Origin: Octopus vulgaris
Lineage: Eukaryota
Reading direction: 5' to 3'
Length of the DNA stretch: 64,000 nt
NCBI GenBank assembly: GCA_951406725.2
Contig: OX597815.1
Coordinates: 83,452,001-83,516,000, forward strand
The notes beneath the pieces are model-generated. The model was not told the origin of the DNA. It saw only the letters and a program-made list of their open reading frames with translations, and did no database searches. Below are positions 9,200 through 22,150 of this stretch, piece after piece; positions within the stretch are counted from its first letter, which is position 1, and the number at the start of each line of letters is the position of its first letter. Both the position numbers and the translations under genes were made by a program.

Positions 9200-12100
9200 G
9201 CGTTTTTTTTTATTCATTAACGCAAAATGATCTCTTACCTATGAGAGGCAAAGCACGGTAGAAGATTGCTTAATCACTGGGTATGGAAGTTAATGGGTTC
9301 CCCAGTCAGATGTACTTTTAATGTAATTACCAAGTGAAATCAGCATGACTTCACTGGAGTCCTCCTACCCCATTCCCACAACACAATTTCGGTCACATGG
9401 CTTCAATTGACCCGCTACTTACTCAAGGATCCCTTTCCAGAATTCCTTCTGTCAGCTTGCTGATTTAAAAATTGCTCGAAATAAGTAAGATGTGATATTT
9501 ACCTAGAAGTACAACAAATCTCCAATCAGCCCTTCCCATGCTTTCGTTTTGAATTGTATACAAAATATTTCCCTCAATCACTCTGAGATCCCTAATAAGT
9601 TGATATTGTACTTTTTTTTAATACTGAAGGGATACTGTAACAACAAGCATCCGCAATCAGCCTATTTTCAGCGAAATGAACACAACTGTTGAAACGTAAG
9701 CTAAATGATTGAATAAAGATTTGCAGAAAGGGGTAAGTATGAATTTATGTAGAACATTTTCTAGCTAATAAATGCTGATCTGAAACTTTTAAGAGGAACT
9801 TTATTTTGTACAACATTGATCTGATCAGTGAAACTGCTAGTGTTTACACGGAGGCTGCTACTATTTAACCTGAGAAACCGAGGAGCATTATTGTCCAAAG
9901 AAGGTTATACACCAGAACTAGTGTACAATATTGAGGAAAAGAATTTTTCCGGAAGTTCATGCAAAATGAAGATTAAACACAACCAGGATTCAAATTTCCA
10001 AATATGGTCTTTAGAGAAGAAATACTACAAGTAATTCAAAAGTAATGACCCTACTACATGTATCACGTCGAAAATCTAATGATCTTATAGGTTTCGCTAA
10101 TTTTAATTAACTTGTAATTTGGGGTTAATAAAATGCTTACTAGCCTTTCGATGGTTCATTTACAAACTATACTACGTCCTGCCGTCGAGAATCATAGTGT
10201 CACACAGCATATTATTTTAAGCAATGCAGATAACATTTCAGATAATAAGGGAGTGAAATAAATCCTCCAAAAGTCAGCTGCTTAGCTACAACCAATGAAT
10301 TGAGATGGATATTATACTAGAAAACTTTGATACAACATGCAAGAGACGGCTGATTGGATGGGTTAGTCTCGATTCCGAGAGTAGGAGAAAAGTGTGTACA
10401 TTAGGGAGGCTACAGCTTACGTAGCATTGAAAGATGGGGGACACATAGATATGAATGTTATTTGGATAAAAATCATATGTTCAAGCTATATCCACACCAT
10501 TGGTTTTCAATCGGTAAATTGTTTACAAGTTTAGAAATATATTATGGCACTGGCATATGATATCATTTTTGAAAGAATGGTAGAAGATATTTTTGTTGAG
10601 TTGTAAAAAGCCACGAGGGAACGTTTGTGTAGTGAAGGTGTGAGGGTTTTAGAAAAACAAAGAGCTGCATAAAAGAAACATAAAGGTTCCAGGACCCTGC
10701 GATGAAAGATCTTTAAGCATTTTCAATAACAATCTTAATAAAGGGCGTAATATTCAATTTATGCCATGCTGATAATGACGATCTATGGGGAATAAGAGTT
10801 CCTTTCTTCTCCTTATTAATGCAAATTACACCACCACCCTTCAAACAATAGTCGAATTTTTTTTCTTGGTGAGCATTCTTACATTGGTGATAATAGTACG
10901 AGAAGTCTTTGCAAATGAGAAAATAACAAGATTTCTCAATAATATCTACGAAATAGCCGACCACCCAGGAGTAATGCGTGCGTTAATCTTTGCGGCAGTT
11001 CTCCCCAAATCAAAAAAGCTGGGGTGATAACACATGATGGAGAGAAAGCTGATTATATAATGGAAAGAAAGCAATCAGCTTCATGAGCAAAGTTACTAAA
11101 CTCTTCTTCCGTGCTTTGTTGATTATAGATTTCTTGGAGGGAATTACGGTGAATATTCCTGGAAATGTCATTGAATTCAATCGAGGTCAAACGAGACTTT
11201 TAGATATGTTTTATCGATTACAAAGTTATATGTTATATTAAGTCATTTAGAAATCATAAAAATGTTGGATGATATAAATCTAGATGTAAAAGACGTACGA
11301 ATAAATAGCAACATAATAGCAGTAAATAAGTTTGGTCAGACTTGGAAATAAAATAGGTGGCTAGAGCTTATGAAAAGAGGAATGTAACGGTGGTGTGTGT
11401 AATTCATTAAAGAATGCAATACTTATGGGATCTTTTGAACATTTACCAGTTATAGAGTCAAGAAAACGAAACATGAACGATATCTGACGCAGTCAGAATA
11501 GCAACAACAATAAAATACCTTCCAACATTGTTTTGTTTTATTGCTGATGAGAAATAAAAGATTATCTTTTTCTTAATATCCAAATCAAATTACCACCAAC
11601 TTCCAACACAGAAATAAATGGAAGAACCTTGAAACAAGTCGATAAACCGGAAAAACACGGAAGAAACAAACGTGAAGAAATGAGTAGGCTTCTTTAGGGG
11701 AGATTAGGTATATATTGTTGAATGTACCTGTATCAATATGAGCGAGTGAGAGTGCTCTTGTACATCAACGAACAAGTACAAACACTTATGGAAATTTCGG
11801 GAATGAAGACAGGTAGGTAAACGCAGAGTGACTAATATCGAAGTCCTTAAATTAATAGAAGCCATAATAATATTCTTAGCAGCATAAGACGCAAGGTTAA
11901 GTGCGTAAGATACCTTATGAGAAGACAAAACTCAGATAACTGGATGACAACCGTTATAAGAGCAAGAATAATATGGGAAAGGCATGGAGAGAAAATAATT
12001 GAAGGTTTTAATAGCTGGCTTCTAATATTTAGTTAATTTGTGGATGGAGGGACAGAAGTGGTTCAAGCGCCGTGGTCACTAATAAATGCAGGCATGGCGT

Positions 12101-12250
12101 GTGCAGAAGATAATACTGCATTCTTATATATTCATTCGTGAATTTCTCTTTAAATTCTTATTTAGGAATACATACTGCACTGTGTGAGCTTAAATATTTT
12201 TATTTTCATACATAACGTCGTCGTGATCTTTTATTTTCTTTCAAAAACGT
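9200..12250 (+). mobile_element. Highly decayed Tx1/L1-like LINE ORF2
   Basis: Scattered RT-like remnants (GIRVP near 10790). The terminal segment near 12080-12125 resembles the C-terminus of the Tx1-like fragment at 5094-5652. Boundaries approximate. Confidence 0.4.
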
Positions 12251-14629
12251 TATTTTGGAACTCTTCTTGGTTCGTTACATAGAATACAGAGCAAACATAT
12301 TTTTTAATGTTAAAGATGCAAACACTCAAATACAGACTCACTCACTAATACTCACGAATACGCTTATGTATGTATGTATGTATGTATGTATGTATGTATG
12401 TATGTATGTATGTATGTATGTATGTATGTATGTATGTATCATAGGTCCACATTGTGAAAGAAAAATGAAATATAATTGTTGAATGAATATTATGGAACTT
12501 TAAGGATAAGACTTGATGACAAATATTCAAAATGTTAGAGGTGTTGAAAAATAGAAAAGGTTCAGCCTTATCGTTCCATCTATCACAGAATGAAAGATGG
12601 AAGATGGCTTAATGCGGATTTAAAACCACCCTCTGGATTAATGTTTCGTCCATCATATACTACGTGAAAAAGAATGTGTAAATCATTAAACTTAATGAAA
12701 GAATACGTTATGTACAATGTATTTACTTGAATATCTCATTATGCATATACATACGCACAAAGAAGCGCAAGCAAATGCACACTTAAACACAAACGGGCAC
12801 TCACATATACATGCACACACATACGCGCATGCATACTCACACACACAAAAGTACACATTGAAACAAATCTAGTGATTAAAAGTCCTCCAAACAAGGAAAT
12901 CAGAAGGGGAGAAAAGAGAGTAAAAGTTATTTAGAAAGAGAGTTCGCAATAGGATATCAGTTATTCAAAGAGAATACAGGGTGAGATTTCGAGAAAAGGA
13001 AGACTGAGAATAGAAATTACAGAAAGAGTGAAAGGAAGGAGTGAGAATGTCTGATAGTAGATAAGAGCAAATGCATAGCTGGAATGACAGCGGCGCGATA
13101 AATGAGTTATATCGGGGAGAAATTAGGTCTTTTTAACTTGCAAGTTGGTCAACCTTAGGCTATGCTGATTGGTTGGTTGGTTGGTGATCTAGAAATACTG
13201 GGGAATATTGATTGATTATGAAAAGTACATGGGCATCAGAGCAAATATTCTAGGTCTTTGAAGTTAACGCATTTCAAGAGACCTCTGTTATCATGAAGGC
13301 AACGAGGAATATCTCACATCTCATTGTCTTTGAATGTGAATTTGTCAGACAACGTGGCTGCTGGACTTATTACTATTTTGTCATTCTGATGGATTCTATT
13401 CAATTTGCTACTTTGTGGAATAATTTATTTTCTTATAGTTTTGGGGTTTTTTTTTTCTGCTCATTATATTTCAGTAGTATATGTGCGTGTTAGCATTGGC
13501 AGAGATTAGAAATAATTGCAAATTAATAGTACTCTCTATATTATTCTTTTCTTTCATGCTCACATGAAATCCCTCATTCTCAATCAATTCGCTAACCCTT
13601 TCTCCGCATGAATATAATATATGAAATTATAGGTTCACATACATTTACAGAACACGCGCGTATACTGATGTGTACACCTCCCAGCAAATGAACACAAATA
13701 TACACAGAGGAACATATACATGCGTATACAGAAAATTAATGAATACCATGTGAATGTATATGCATATATTTATATATTTGTACCCATATCTTCATCTCTC
13801 CCTTCCATCTCTCTCTCTCTCCCTCTCTCTCTCTCTTCATATATATATATATATACATACGCACATGTATATATATACTATATATGCATAGACGCACACA
13901 CATATATATGTATTTATATATGTGCATACAAAGATACATAGATACACTTATATATGTACATGTATATATGTATGTGTGTATGTATGTATGTATGTATATA
14001 TATATGTATGTAGGTAGGTAGGTAGGTAGGCAGGTAGGTAGGTAGGTAGGTAGGTAGGTAGGTAGGTAGGTACGTACGTACGTACGTACGTACGTACGTA
14101 TGTATGTATGTATGCGTAATGATCCTCTCTAATCCGAGCGATACCTAAGAGAATTTCAATTTTGGGGAATTAAGAAGATGTCCAGGTATGCTGAGATATA
14201 TAAAAATGTCAGTACAGAGACTAGAAATTCTACAAGAAAAAAGAAGCATAATAACTTATCGCTTGCAACAATGACACTACAAATTCATTTAACATTTCAA
14301 AGCGTACCTTTCTTGGAAAGAGAACAGAAAGAACAAAAGGAAAAAGGATTGTAAGATGTTTACAGAAAATGCAATAATCAGTGGAAAACCATGTGTTCTC
14401 TACGCCAGAGCTGACAAAATAGCTTTAAACAATTAAAGTGCAAACAAAAATGGGGAGGTGATAGATGCTTTGTGCATATTGATTTTTAGAGGAAATGTTT
14501 GGGAATAAGTGTACGAAAGAAAAACAAAAGGAAAAGCGTGTCTCTGCGTCCTTGTTAAGTGTATTATGTTTCTTAACATATGGTGTGAATTAATTCATAC
14601 AGTGAATTAATATTTAAAATTTAGACGTG

Positions 14630-15075
14630 TGTATCCAACATGATTGTGTGATGGGGTCAGGACATGTAGTATGAATGAAAGCGTCAACATTCCCACGCCA
14701 AGTGTAATTCTGTGAGCTCACTTCAGGGAAATGACTACGGAGTTGCCTTCTTCGAAGGCACACGAAGCAACTCAAACCAATATTGAAAGCCATTAGAATT
14801 GAGACTAAATCGTTTGAGACAGAAGCCCGAGACCATACGAAGTGGCTGTGTTTCATCATCAAGAGAGAAATAGAAGAAATCAAATGACAGGAGAGAAAGG
14901 CTCGACAAAATCAGCCTCATCCTCCACCAACATTACTATGCAGTCAATGCCATCAACTCTTCTATACAAGAATTTATCTACAGAGTCATCAACGGCGTTA
15001 CCATAATGGAAGCGTTCAGCAAAAGAAGAAACTAATTCTCGGATTCGTGATAAAGGCGACGACGACGACGAAGAT
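14630..15075 (+). mobile_element. RTE LINE 3' fragment
   Basis: GHVV*MKASTFPRQV*FCELTSGK*...ETEARDHTKW matches the RTE C-terminal pattern; ends in a (GAC)n tail. Confidence 0.7.
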
Positions 15076-15201
15076 ACATACATACATCCATACATACATA
15101 CATACATACAGACAGACAGACAGACAGACAGACAGATATACAGACAGACAAACAGGCAGGCAGACAGACAGACAGACAGATAGATATATAGATAGATAGA
15201 C

Positions 15202-15261
<60 letters not shown>

Positions 15262-16257
15262 GCATGCATACATATACAAGCATATATAGATCGAGGGGAT
15301 AATCATAATTCAGGCTATCGAACCATCAGCGCATCATCAAGCAGTATTCCAAAATTAAAAGGTGAATACTTAAGACTTCCATTGATACTAAGGGAGAAGT
15401 ACACAACTCTAAGGTAAGATCCAGCAGGCTTCCTAAAAGCCCGCATAGTGAATAATAATGGTAGTGGTTCAAATGAAAGTAGAGACAATTGTAATTATAA
15501 CTATTTCCATTAACCTTCGATATCTTTAATCTTATGTCTCATACGCAGTCCATCCGATATTATGTAATATATGCTACAATATATTGAAATATGTAATAAT
15601 ATTCTTATAGTCCACTCACGTCTTCTGGTGTCATGATTTGAGGGACGTAATTAATAATTTAGGATGAGCGCTTTTGGGCGTGTTTACGATATATAAACAG
15701 ACTGAACGCTTAAAAATTTCATTTTATAACTCCAGTAAAAATAAGACTGTTAATCATAATAAAAGGTATAGAACTACATCAAAATAAAGTCGAAATAAAA
15801 TCGGTGAGAAGTGATATCGATCAATGCATTTACCGTAGAATTATAATCATCCGTTTAATGACTTTTATGGCGACATTTAGCAGTTGGGAAAAGAGGAGTA
15901 GCAAAAGAATGTTGATGTTATGAACTCTTCTATCCAATTCTTCACACATTCCCCTACATACATAAATACACGCACCAACTTGAATCAGACAGATGTGTAA
16001 TGCCAAACTAGCCGCAAACACATTATATAGATAGACACTTACACCTCGCTATACATGTAAAATTTGCTCAAATATATACATGCATGATTGACCGCTAGGT
16101 CCAATTTTTTTTCTTATTCTCTCCCTGTTTATTTCATCGTGTTCCCTTCTGTTGAAGAGCGTAGGTTCGAAAAATAAATGACCTTCCCGAGCGTTAAGCT
16201 AATACAACCGTTGTTTATACACATGTCTTCGACTTTTGTTTTACTGTAAATTTCAAC

Positions 16258-16320
<63 letters not shown>

Positions 16321-16349
16321 TAATAATATTAATAATATTAATAATATTC

Positions 16350-16391
<42 letters not shown>

Positions 16392-16430
16392 GTAATAATA
16401 ATAATAATAAAAATAATAATAATAATGACG

Positions 16431-16461
<31 letters not shown>

Positions 16462-16569
16462 GATAAATATGGTAATTAAGTTGAGGCACCAGATTTAGTA
16501 CTGTATTGTCCATACAATTTCAAAATAAGATGATAAAAATCAAAATAAGCAACAAGGTTATCAAGAGTT

Positions 16570-16659
16570 AATCCAATACGATTGTTTCAAGCAACTCCAT
16601 TTAATTGGACAATGCAATCATTACATCAATTTAAATGCAGAGCAATCCTCAGCTGCATA
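16570..16659 (-). ncRNA. Hammerhead ribozyme (family C), diverged stem I
   Basis: RC: tatgcag-CTGAGGA-ttgctc...gagttgctt-GAAAC-aatc-GTA-ttggat. Confidence 0.65.
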
Positions 16660-17509
16660 AAGACATAGAATTCTATTACGTTAAAACAGAAGGGCACATT
16701 TGTATAAAACAATAAAACAATACTGGTATATTCACTACTGAAAATAAACTGAGATTATATTTTAATTAATATATGGTTAGCATGTCTTTTTTACCTCAGT
16801 ACTCCTTTGCTAAATACCAGTAAATACCAATTGATCAATCTGCAAAGATACCATCTGATAAGTTGGTATTTAAGTATATATGTATAAAAATTAAACTATT
16901 TCTAGATAATTTCTTTTCCTCTATCTATTGTGGTAAAAATTTGGTATATACTCAAAATTATTCCAAAAACTTTTTATCATTTTGTAACAATATTCTTCTT
17001 AATAACCTTCTGAATAATCCTAAACTTTAACTTTATACAATATGAAAATATTATTTAAAATATTTTACTATAGTACCACATGATAAGATTTCCCCTGTTT
17101 CATTATTAATGGTCTACTATTCATTTATCCCTTTAATTGTCAGCTAGCATCTTGATTTAAGATTTCCTTTACCAAATCTCATTATATTGCTTCAAATAAA
17201 TCTAGATAGTTTTTTATGACTATGCCCACTGTGATTTCTGTCGACTCTCACAGCCCCCTTTCTAGCAGGCACCGCACCTTGTTCTTTTGGCCTTAGATAT
17301 ATAAAGATTTGATAAACTAGTCTATAACTCAAAACTGACCCCATAAAACAGTGACAAGCAAAATATACAAGTGGTCTTTCTTTCGAAACCTTAGTAACTT
17401 CTAAGCTGAAGTGAAGACGGTATGTTCTTTGTTTATCTCCTTACCGTCTTGCAGATTTTAGGTAAAATTATACTAATGTGTCCATCTGTTTTAATTTAAT
17501 TGAATTCTA

Positions 17510-17599
17510 TATGCAGCTGAGGATCGCTCTGCATTTAAGTTGATGCAATGATTGCATTGTTCAATTAAATGAAGTTGCTTGAAACGATCGTACTACATA
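17510..17599 (+). ncRNA. Type I hammerhead ribozyme (family C), GUA site, palindromic stem III
   Basis: tatgcag-CTGAGGA(17517-17523)-long stem II (catttaa/ttaaatg; tgcaat/attgca)-GAAAC(17581-17585)-GATC-GTA-ctacata. ACGATCGT is palindromic. Confidence 0.8.
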
Positions 17600-17617
17600 A
17601 CCTCCGGATATCCTTGT

Positions 17618-17660
<43 letters not shown>

Positions 17661-18183
17661 GTTTATCTTCAATTAAAAGTGGACGATATGTTAGTATACA
17701 ATATATTGCGATAGTTATCGTGAGATATTTTTTTTTTAGGAGCGGGGAGATAAATTACACGCCACCGGCACTAGTGTGCTGCCAGGTCACGTGATTTCGG
17801 CCTTCCCTGGCTTTGTCAATGGTAGACATCCAGATGCTAGAGATTGCAGTGATATCGCCACAAAAAGAGGCACTGGTGTCGCGCTGCACACAAAATTTCC
17901 TTTATTTATTAATTTGTTTATGCATTTACTTATTGAACGACATTACTGGCAAAATATTTGAAAAATATTAATTATCCACCTGACATTCCAATGGTATTTA
18001 AAATTCGGTCTAGAGTGCTCCAAGGAAATATAATTATTGACCAGCTATATAAAGCCAGATCTCCTTGACCTGTAACTAGTTTGATAGGCAAGAAACTCAC
18101 AGCCCTTGAGTCACTCATGTACACACAAACACACACACACACACACACGCACACACAGGCACACACACATATATATATGTACA

Positions 18184-18765
18184 TGAGGGTGAGCTAAAAT
18201 CACCATAGGCAGAGTATGAAAGAGTGATACTACAGTCATGAAATCTTGCGTGCGTCAGTTTCAACTCTCGCTATCAATACCTTCATTGCATCGTTTAAGA
18301 TAATCTAACACCTGGCTGTTCAAACGTAAACAGTAGCGACTCCTCTTGGAAATCAAGAAAACTTAGCATCGTAGTGTTATCAAGTACCTGCGGAAAAAGC
18401 GTTTAGCCCGCAACGATATCAATGCTGGCAACGTTGCTACATTAGATTTTAAACTCATTGATCTCCCCCCCCCCCCTATTCTCTTGATTCGGCTCCACCT
18501 GACTATCAGCTGTTCCGCTACATGAAAAAAAAACCCACCTAGCTAGGAACCACTAAAACAATCATGACGACGTTATATCTGTTGTTTGATGATCCTTTTC
18601 ACAGACGGGAGGAAAGATTTTTCTGCAACGTGATCCAAGCACCGCAGCACCGACGGATTAATTGTGCGAACTGCAAGAGTCACTTTGTTGAAATCTAAAC
18701 CTCCTTTGTTCACTTTACTTGAGAGTATCTTTGTCAATCTATTAACTTTTCAGCCGACCTTCCTA
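18184..18765 (+). mobile_element. Internally deleted mariner (Tc1/mariner) relic
   Basis: Imperfect TIRs gagggtgagctaaaat / aacttttcagccgacc; HRSVIKYL N-terminus; YSLDSAPPDYQLF resembles the mariner YSPDLAPSDYHLF motif. Confidence 0.8.
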
Positions 18766-18837
18766 TGCATATGTGTGTGTATGTGTGTATGTGTGTGAGT
18801 GCGTGTGTATACGTGTGCATCTGTGTGTGAGAGTATG

Positions 18838-18884
<47 letters not shown>

Positions 18885-18885
<1 letters not shown>

Positions 18886-19151
18886 CATTGGAAGTGGCAT
18901 GAACAGCAGAACAGGATGCTGCAGTATGGTGTGGATGTACGTGTCTTCAAAACAAAACTGGATCTTCTGTCAACTATTGCGGATGAGCATACCTCACGGC
19001 ATGAAATAGAGATGACAGCGGCAGCATCTTTCATTCACCAAATATCAGAGCGGTCTTCAACTAGTGAAGGTGTAGCAAAGCTAAGTCGGTGCCACAAAAT
19101 GGTTGCAGCTCTTGAGCAGAAATAACTTAAAGAGTTAAAGAGTTAAAGAGT

Positions 19152-19152
<1 letters not shown>
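18885..19152 (+). mobile_element. CR1 LINE 3' fragment with (TTAAAGAG)n tail
   Basis: GVDVRVFKTKLDLLSTIADE...AAAS..HQ matches the CR1 ORF2 C-terminus; 3' motif cggtgccacaaaatggttgcagctc...gaaa then an octamer repeat. Confidence 0.75.
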
Positions 19153-19192
<40 letters not shown>

Positions 19193-19788
19193 CTACGTTT
19201 ATACATATAAGATTATCTATATGATTCCAGTTTGTAAAGTAAATAGGAAGAAGATGAGCGGTATACAAATACTTAATCGACGCGCCAAAAAATTGTAAAA
19301 CATGACAAAAACGGTTCTTGCATTAGATATACAGCCCATTCAATAAGTCTCCAAATTTTTGGCGTTCACAAAGAGTCATTCACCAAAATTAATTCACAGT
19401 TAAAATCACTTGGTCATGATCTCTTGACGTGCGATGTAAGTATAAAGATAACGGTTCAAAGAAAATTTGAAAAGAACCACCTGGCTTCTGTACATGGTAC
19501 AACGACTGTATATTGCTAGATACACTGCTGCCATCACCATCCTGCTTTAGCATGCGACTCGAGAAATTCTCAACGGAAATGGATGTGGTATTGACCAACG
19601 GCAATCAAACATCCTGTAGTCAGCTCGGACCCCTTCTTATTTTGTCCTACAAGCCTGAAGTGTTAGGTTTATCTGACAAGCCACATTGAAAATGCATGCT
19701 TGAAATTCCATGGAGTAAAATGAGATTCGTGTTAAACAATGTGTGTGTGTGCGTGTGAGTGTGTATATATACATATATATATGTATAA

Positions 19789-19829
<41 letters not shown>

Positions 19830-20520
19830 CGTGTATTTCCTTGTAATTTTTTAATTTAAATTTAATTTTTATAGAACTTAATATTACACGGGCTTTTACT
19901 ATGCCTTAAATATAAGCTTTTTCCCTCTGAGCCCTTAATGTTTTCCAAGATCCCAGTATAGCGTCCTAAGTTTTGAAGTGTATGCCCATTTAACTGGATA
20001 TGATGACAAGAGTTAATGTCACTCCTACCCTACCTATTTTGTGGGCCTTTACTTCTATGTAATTGACTCTTTGTAAAGTGTATTTCTATTTTTTTTATAG
20101 CGAGGGGTTCTTATGACAGTAAGAAATTAGGGTTTGTTTCTTTTTGTGGTAAGGGATATCTATGGCATTAAGAAATTAAGGAATAGTAAGAAATTAAGGA
20201 ATAGGGGAACATCTAGTAATATTTATTTATGACCAGCAGCCAGCTATGACCTGTCAATTCATAATATTCTTTATTCTCAAGAAACGTAGTATTTTATCCT
20301 TATATCTTTTGTTGATGATAAGAAGGTAGACAAAAAATCAGAAATGAATTATAATCCTATGACCCTCACTGTGTTCCATGCCACCCCAAAATTGTAGTTC
20401 TCACTTAGATTATTCTTGCTGCAATAGCGACAGAATGAATTTCCTTCATCCTCTAGCTCTGACAAAGTGTTTCAAAAACATAATATTAATATATCTTGTC
20501 TGTTGAAAATCCACGTTTAT

Positions 20521-20606
20521 TGCAACTGAAGATATCATTGTATTTAAATTGATGTAATGCTTTCAATGTTCAATTAAATGAGGCCGCTTGAAACGGTGGT
20601 ATTGTA
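20521..20606 (+). ncRNA. Hammerhead ribozyme (family C, older copy); pLTR continues to ~20700
   Basis: tgcaa-CTGAAGA(20526-20532)-...-GAAAC(20590-20594)-ggtg-GTA-ttgta. Downstream sequence matches the RC of 16470-16560. Confidence 0.65.
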
Positions 20607-20755
20607 TTAATAATACTTGACATCCGGTTACTTCTTTTGATTTTATTCTCCTTACTTCGAACTGTACAGATAGTACCGTACAAACCTGGTACCTGAACTT
20701 AAGTACGTAATTCAAGTGAATCTAAATTACTCCTATACATATACATAATACATGC

Positions 20756-20865
<110 letters not shown>

Positions 20866-21084
20866 GCGTGTGTGTGTGTGTGCGTGTGTGTGTGTGGAAG
20901 GGTGTAGGTATACACATATTTGTAGACTTCCTTGTGGCACGCTTGAAGAACTGAAAGACCACTTCACATGATACCATTGTTTACATTCTTAACCCACAAA
21001 GAAAGAATATATATTCACCAATGCGTTGCTCAGCCCTCATTCTCTGCATTGCTTAAAAAATCATAAGTATATCGTATGTTGTAT

Positions 21085-21348
21085 ATATAGAAATTCATAT
21101 GAGTTGTTTGATCCATCGATGGGATCGTATGACAGTGCAGATACCTGTGATGATGTGAGTCACTTTATACTACATTCACTGCAAACAAAGTTTCCATCCC
21201 GAAGAATTGGGAATATCTCATGGCTATGATGGTCACACAATTGATACATTAGGCCTCAAAATCACTGTTACTACTAATCTGTCGACATTGATCTTTTAGA
21301 TGTTTCCCGAAATTTAAACTGCTGATATAAGCCGTCTCATAAGCCAAA
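21085..21348 (+). pseudogene. Penelope-like reverse transcriptase fragment
   Basis: ELFDPSMGSYDSADTCDDVSHFILHSL resembles PLE [34 protein letters not shown]...LLDVS.NLN..YKPSHKP resembles GLKITI.ANLK.VNFLDVTLNL...YKPYRKPN. Confidence 0.8.
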
Positions 21349-21539
21349 GAGATACCTCCACGCTGGAAATAGCAGTCAGAACTTGACTCTAACACCACAT
21401 TGAATGTTCATACAGCACCAGGAGAGAAGACAAAGAGACAAAATAAACTAGCAAAAAATTACTGGATATTTCTAGATCCCGGATTTCTGACTTTGCATAA
21501 GAAATGCTCAGCCTTCATCGGTGGAATACACTCAAATAG

Positions 21540-21585
<46 letters not shown>

Positions 21586-22119
21586 ACATACGATATGCTT
21601 ACATATACGAACGTATATACATACATATATATGCACGTATGCACACGACCAGTTTAAATTGCCCTCCTTAAAATTACTCGTGCGATATGGTCGGAATAAA
21701 CACCGCAGTGAATATAATGAAGAAATAAATATATACATTTATATAAATAAGGATAAGGTCAATATTTAGATACCGATTTTATCACATGGGAATATAAACC
21801 TTTAAAAGGTAATAATTATTTAAAATTATAATTTAGGGTATCTAAGAGATACCTCCACGCTGGAAACAGCAGTCAAAACTTGACTCTAAAACCATATTAA
21901 ATGTATATGTAAGTATATCGTATGTTGTGTATATATATATATTTGTATTTATGTGCTATCTGAGTGTATTCCACTGCTATTTCCAGTGTGGAGGTGTCTC
22001 TTAGATACTCTAAATTATAATTTTAAGTAATTATTACCTTTGAAAGGTTTTTATTCCCATGCTCACCACCTGATAAGATCGGTATTTAAATATCGATCTT
22101 ATCATTATTTATATAAATT

Positions 22120-22120
<1 letters not shown>
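21349..22120. mobile_element. HHR-bearing repeat family A: more than one tandem unit (-) followed by an inverted partial unit
   Basis: gagatacctccacgctggaaa occurs at 21349 and ~21846 (period ~497 bp); inverted segment ~21905-22118; HHR at 21469-21527 (- strand, core CCGATGA). Confidence 0.75.

Positions 22121-22139
<19 letters not shown>

Positions 22140-22150
<11 letters not shown>

Larger units (their letters stand above)
16460..17620 (-). mobile_element. Truncated Penelope-like element (family C): 3' pLTR (-) ~16470-16670, decayed body, inverted pLTR (+) ~17500-17620
   Basis: Inverted homologous HHR-bearing ends flanked by (TA)n. The body is too decayed to translate confidently. Confidence 0.6.
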
